DNA of 64,000 bases from Geosiphon pyriformis uo1. Taxonomy: Eukaryota > Fungi > Glomeromycota. The DNA lies in the NCBI GenBank assembly GCA_016748015.1, contig JAAOMT010000436.1:1362847-1426846 (forward strand). The letters are read 5' to 3'. A program made the position numbers and the translations under genes. This document shows, piece after piece, positions 61,928 through 64,000 of the stretch. Numbering within the stretch: the first letter of the stretch is position 1; each line of letters opens with the position of its first letter. A model generated the notes under the pieces. That model ran no database searches. It saw nothing but the letters and a program-made list of their open reading frames with translations, and was not told where the DNA came from.

Positions 61928-62217
61928 ATTCTTTAATCAAGTTAGTAGACAACAAAGAAAATAAAGAAAGATAAAAGAGAAAATAAAAAATAAGCCAAGG
62001 CGATTTGCAAGTTAATATTCCATCAATAGCCATAATCAAGAGCTATTGTTCCAGTATGGTTAAGTATCAGTTACCATCAACATGAAGTGTTGATAGTGGA
62101 GAATAAATTTGATATAGTGAATAATTATTTATTTGAGGATTGTAGTAACTAAGCTAAGAATTCTTGGTGTTGATTCTTTTTTTTCTGCTTTTAACACTAC
62201 TGCTATATATACATATT

Positions 62218-62388
62218 TGAGATTCCTCAATTCCTCAATTCCTTGCAACAGGAATTTTGGAATTTTTGAAATTCTGTAATTCCTAATAAGAGAAATCCTG
62301 GAATTTTGGAATCTTGTGATTCTTTGTCAGGGAATCCTGAAATTCTTGGAATCCTGCAATTCCTCTGAGAAGAATCCTAGAATTCCAC
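62218..62388. repeat. Array of 8-9-bp GAATTCCTG-like units between the CCAAT and TATA boxes (putative U3 enhancer)
   Basis: Repeated GAATT(C/T)(C/T)TG / GAATCCTG / CAATTCCT units. Confidence 0.65.
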
Positions 62389-64000
62389 ATTTACTATGTC
62401 TACATCTGATTGGCTAATATCTACTGACTAATAATACTATATTTCCTATATTTTATAAGTAACAGCAGGCTATTTTTCGAATAATGTCTTATATTATGTT
62501 TATATTTGAAAACTTTTTTATAATAACAAAATTATTAGCAAATATAACAGTAATAATAAGTATATACATCTTAAATTGGCCTTATTTTAACTTATTAGCA
62601 TTTTTAAAATTAAATTTTCAATAATTTTTATTAGCTTAAGTGTAAAAAAAATTTAAATTTGTATTTAAAAGATTATTTAAACCAATAAAAACATAAATAA
62701 CACAATAATTAATATTAAAAAATTTATATACTTTTAAAAATTTTTTATTAGCTATTACATTAATAGAATTCAACAATACAAAAACAAAATCAATTGTCTT
62801 TTTAACATTTTTAAAGTTTTTTAAATAGAAATTTTAGCAAATAAACTACTAATTAAAAAATTAATTAAACTAAAATTCAAATATTTCTTAAAATTAGTAT
62901 TGTATTTAACACTATTTTTATTAAAATAATTTTTTAAAACAATAAAAGTACTATTATTAAATGCTTTAATTATAAAAAAATTAACAATAAGTGCCTAATT
63001 TAAATATTTTTTTAAAAATATACTTATATATAAATTTATTACAAAAACTAACTATTTGTTTTTAAACAATAAATAAATTATAAGAAATTTACTAAGAATC
63101 TTTAAGATTTTTAAAATATAATTAGCCAATTATTTATTTATAATTAATATAATATTAGTATACAAATATTTCAAATTTAAATCAAAAATAAACACTTATA
63201 TATTAATAAACTTATTTATAATCTAAGACTTAATATTAAAATATTATTTAAACAAAAAAACTTAAACTTGTCTAAAATAGTTTTTATTAAACTTTTTAAG
63301 ATTATTATATTGGCTTTTAAGTTATCAATTTTGATAGTTAGAATCTTTAATTTGCTAAAAAAAATTCCAAAACACATTAATAATATTGAACAATATACAA
63401 AAATTTGGCAATAGCTTAATAATAATCATATTAAGTTCTGATTTAATAATTAACATAAATGTCTTTTTGACATATATTAATAATATTAGAAAACAAAAAA
63501 TGTTTAGTTTGTAAGAAATTTTAACAATATAATCTGACAAAAATTTTAGAAAATGTTTCAAAATATTTTGATAAAAGACCAAAATCAAAGTTACAGAACT
63601 ATTAGTAAAAGTATTAAGTAAAAATTTTATTAAAAAAACACTAATAAACAATATAAACAGAAAACTTTTCAAAATACTACTTACCACAAAAACCTAAATT
63701 ATACAACTAAAAAAGACCAGATAAAGTCTGTTTTTTTGCATAAATACATATAAGATGTTTTCTATTAGATTTAAAAAAAATTTTTAAATACTAATTAGAT
63801 AATTTTAAATTTGGTTTACAAATACTAAAAATATAATTGTATTTTTTATATTTAATATACTTTAAAGTTAATAATTCAATTCAAACCAGATTAATATCTT
63901 TAAAAATTAGAATTAAATAAATAATAGTATTTTTAATAACAATAAAATTAAAACACATAATAGTATAATATGCTTATGTATATAAAACAAAGTTGTATAA

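Larger units (their letters stand above)
61538..62464 (-). mobile_element. Relatively young solo LTR (927 bp)
   Basis: Perfect TGTTAC...GTAACA termini and TSD GCAG at 61534-61537 and 62465-62468. CCAAT (62409-62413) and TATA (62204-62211) lie on the - strand. Much higher GC than its flanks. Confidence 0.92.
60973..64000 (-). mobile_element. Continuation (5' portion) of decayed LINE copy E, interrupted by the solo LTR
   Basis: Removing the Gypsy restores collinearity with copy C (ttattgact-ACAT-aaactaataagaaatattatt vs ctatcatta-ACAT-aagccaaaggggcatattgtt). Removing the solo LTR restores collinearity with copy B (~35990-36030). Confidence 0.75.

Overview
Eukaryotic, fungal DNA. It has short GT-AG introns and genes of early-diverging-fungus type. 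A Glomeromycotina/Mucoromycota origin, possibly Geosiphon-like, is my unverified inference. The window has two compartments. (i) Two compact gene islands of normal composition: ~0.9-11.1 kb (GT23/FUT8-like glycosyltransferase, GNAT acetyltransferase, BCP1, TOP1) and ~27.1-31.8 kb (GCN4/CPC1-like bZIP, ABHD13/BEM46-like hydrolase). (ii) A transposon graveyard. It holds three full-length but nonsense-inactivated APE-RT-RNaseH LINEs (19.6-26.4 kb -, 32.1-39.0 kb -, 50.9-57.7 kb +) set in extremely AT-rich DNA. Much of that AT-rich DNA can be decoded as older LINEs, Ty3/Gypsy elements (with a dUTPase relic), LTRs and a TIR element, eroded almost purely by C:G->T:A transitions. The main finding is a RIP-like, repeat-restricted hypermutation process whose context looks broader than classical CpA RIP: surviving Cs tend to follow a purine. 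Nested insertions with intact target-site duplications (TSDs) allow it to be ordered in time. A second finding is a conserved, covarying and possibly pseudoknotted RNA structure in the LINE 3' UTR. All alignments and counts were done by eye.
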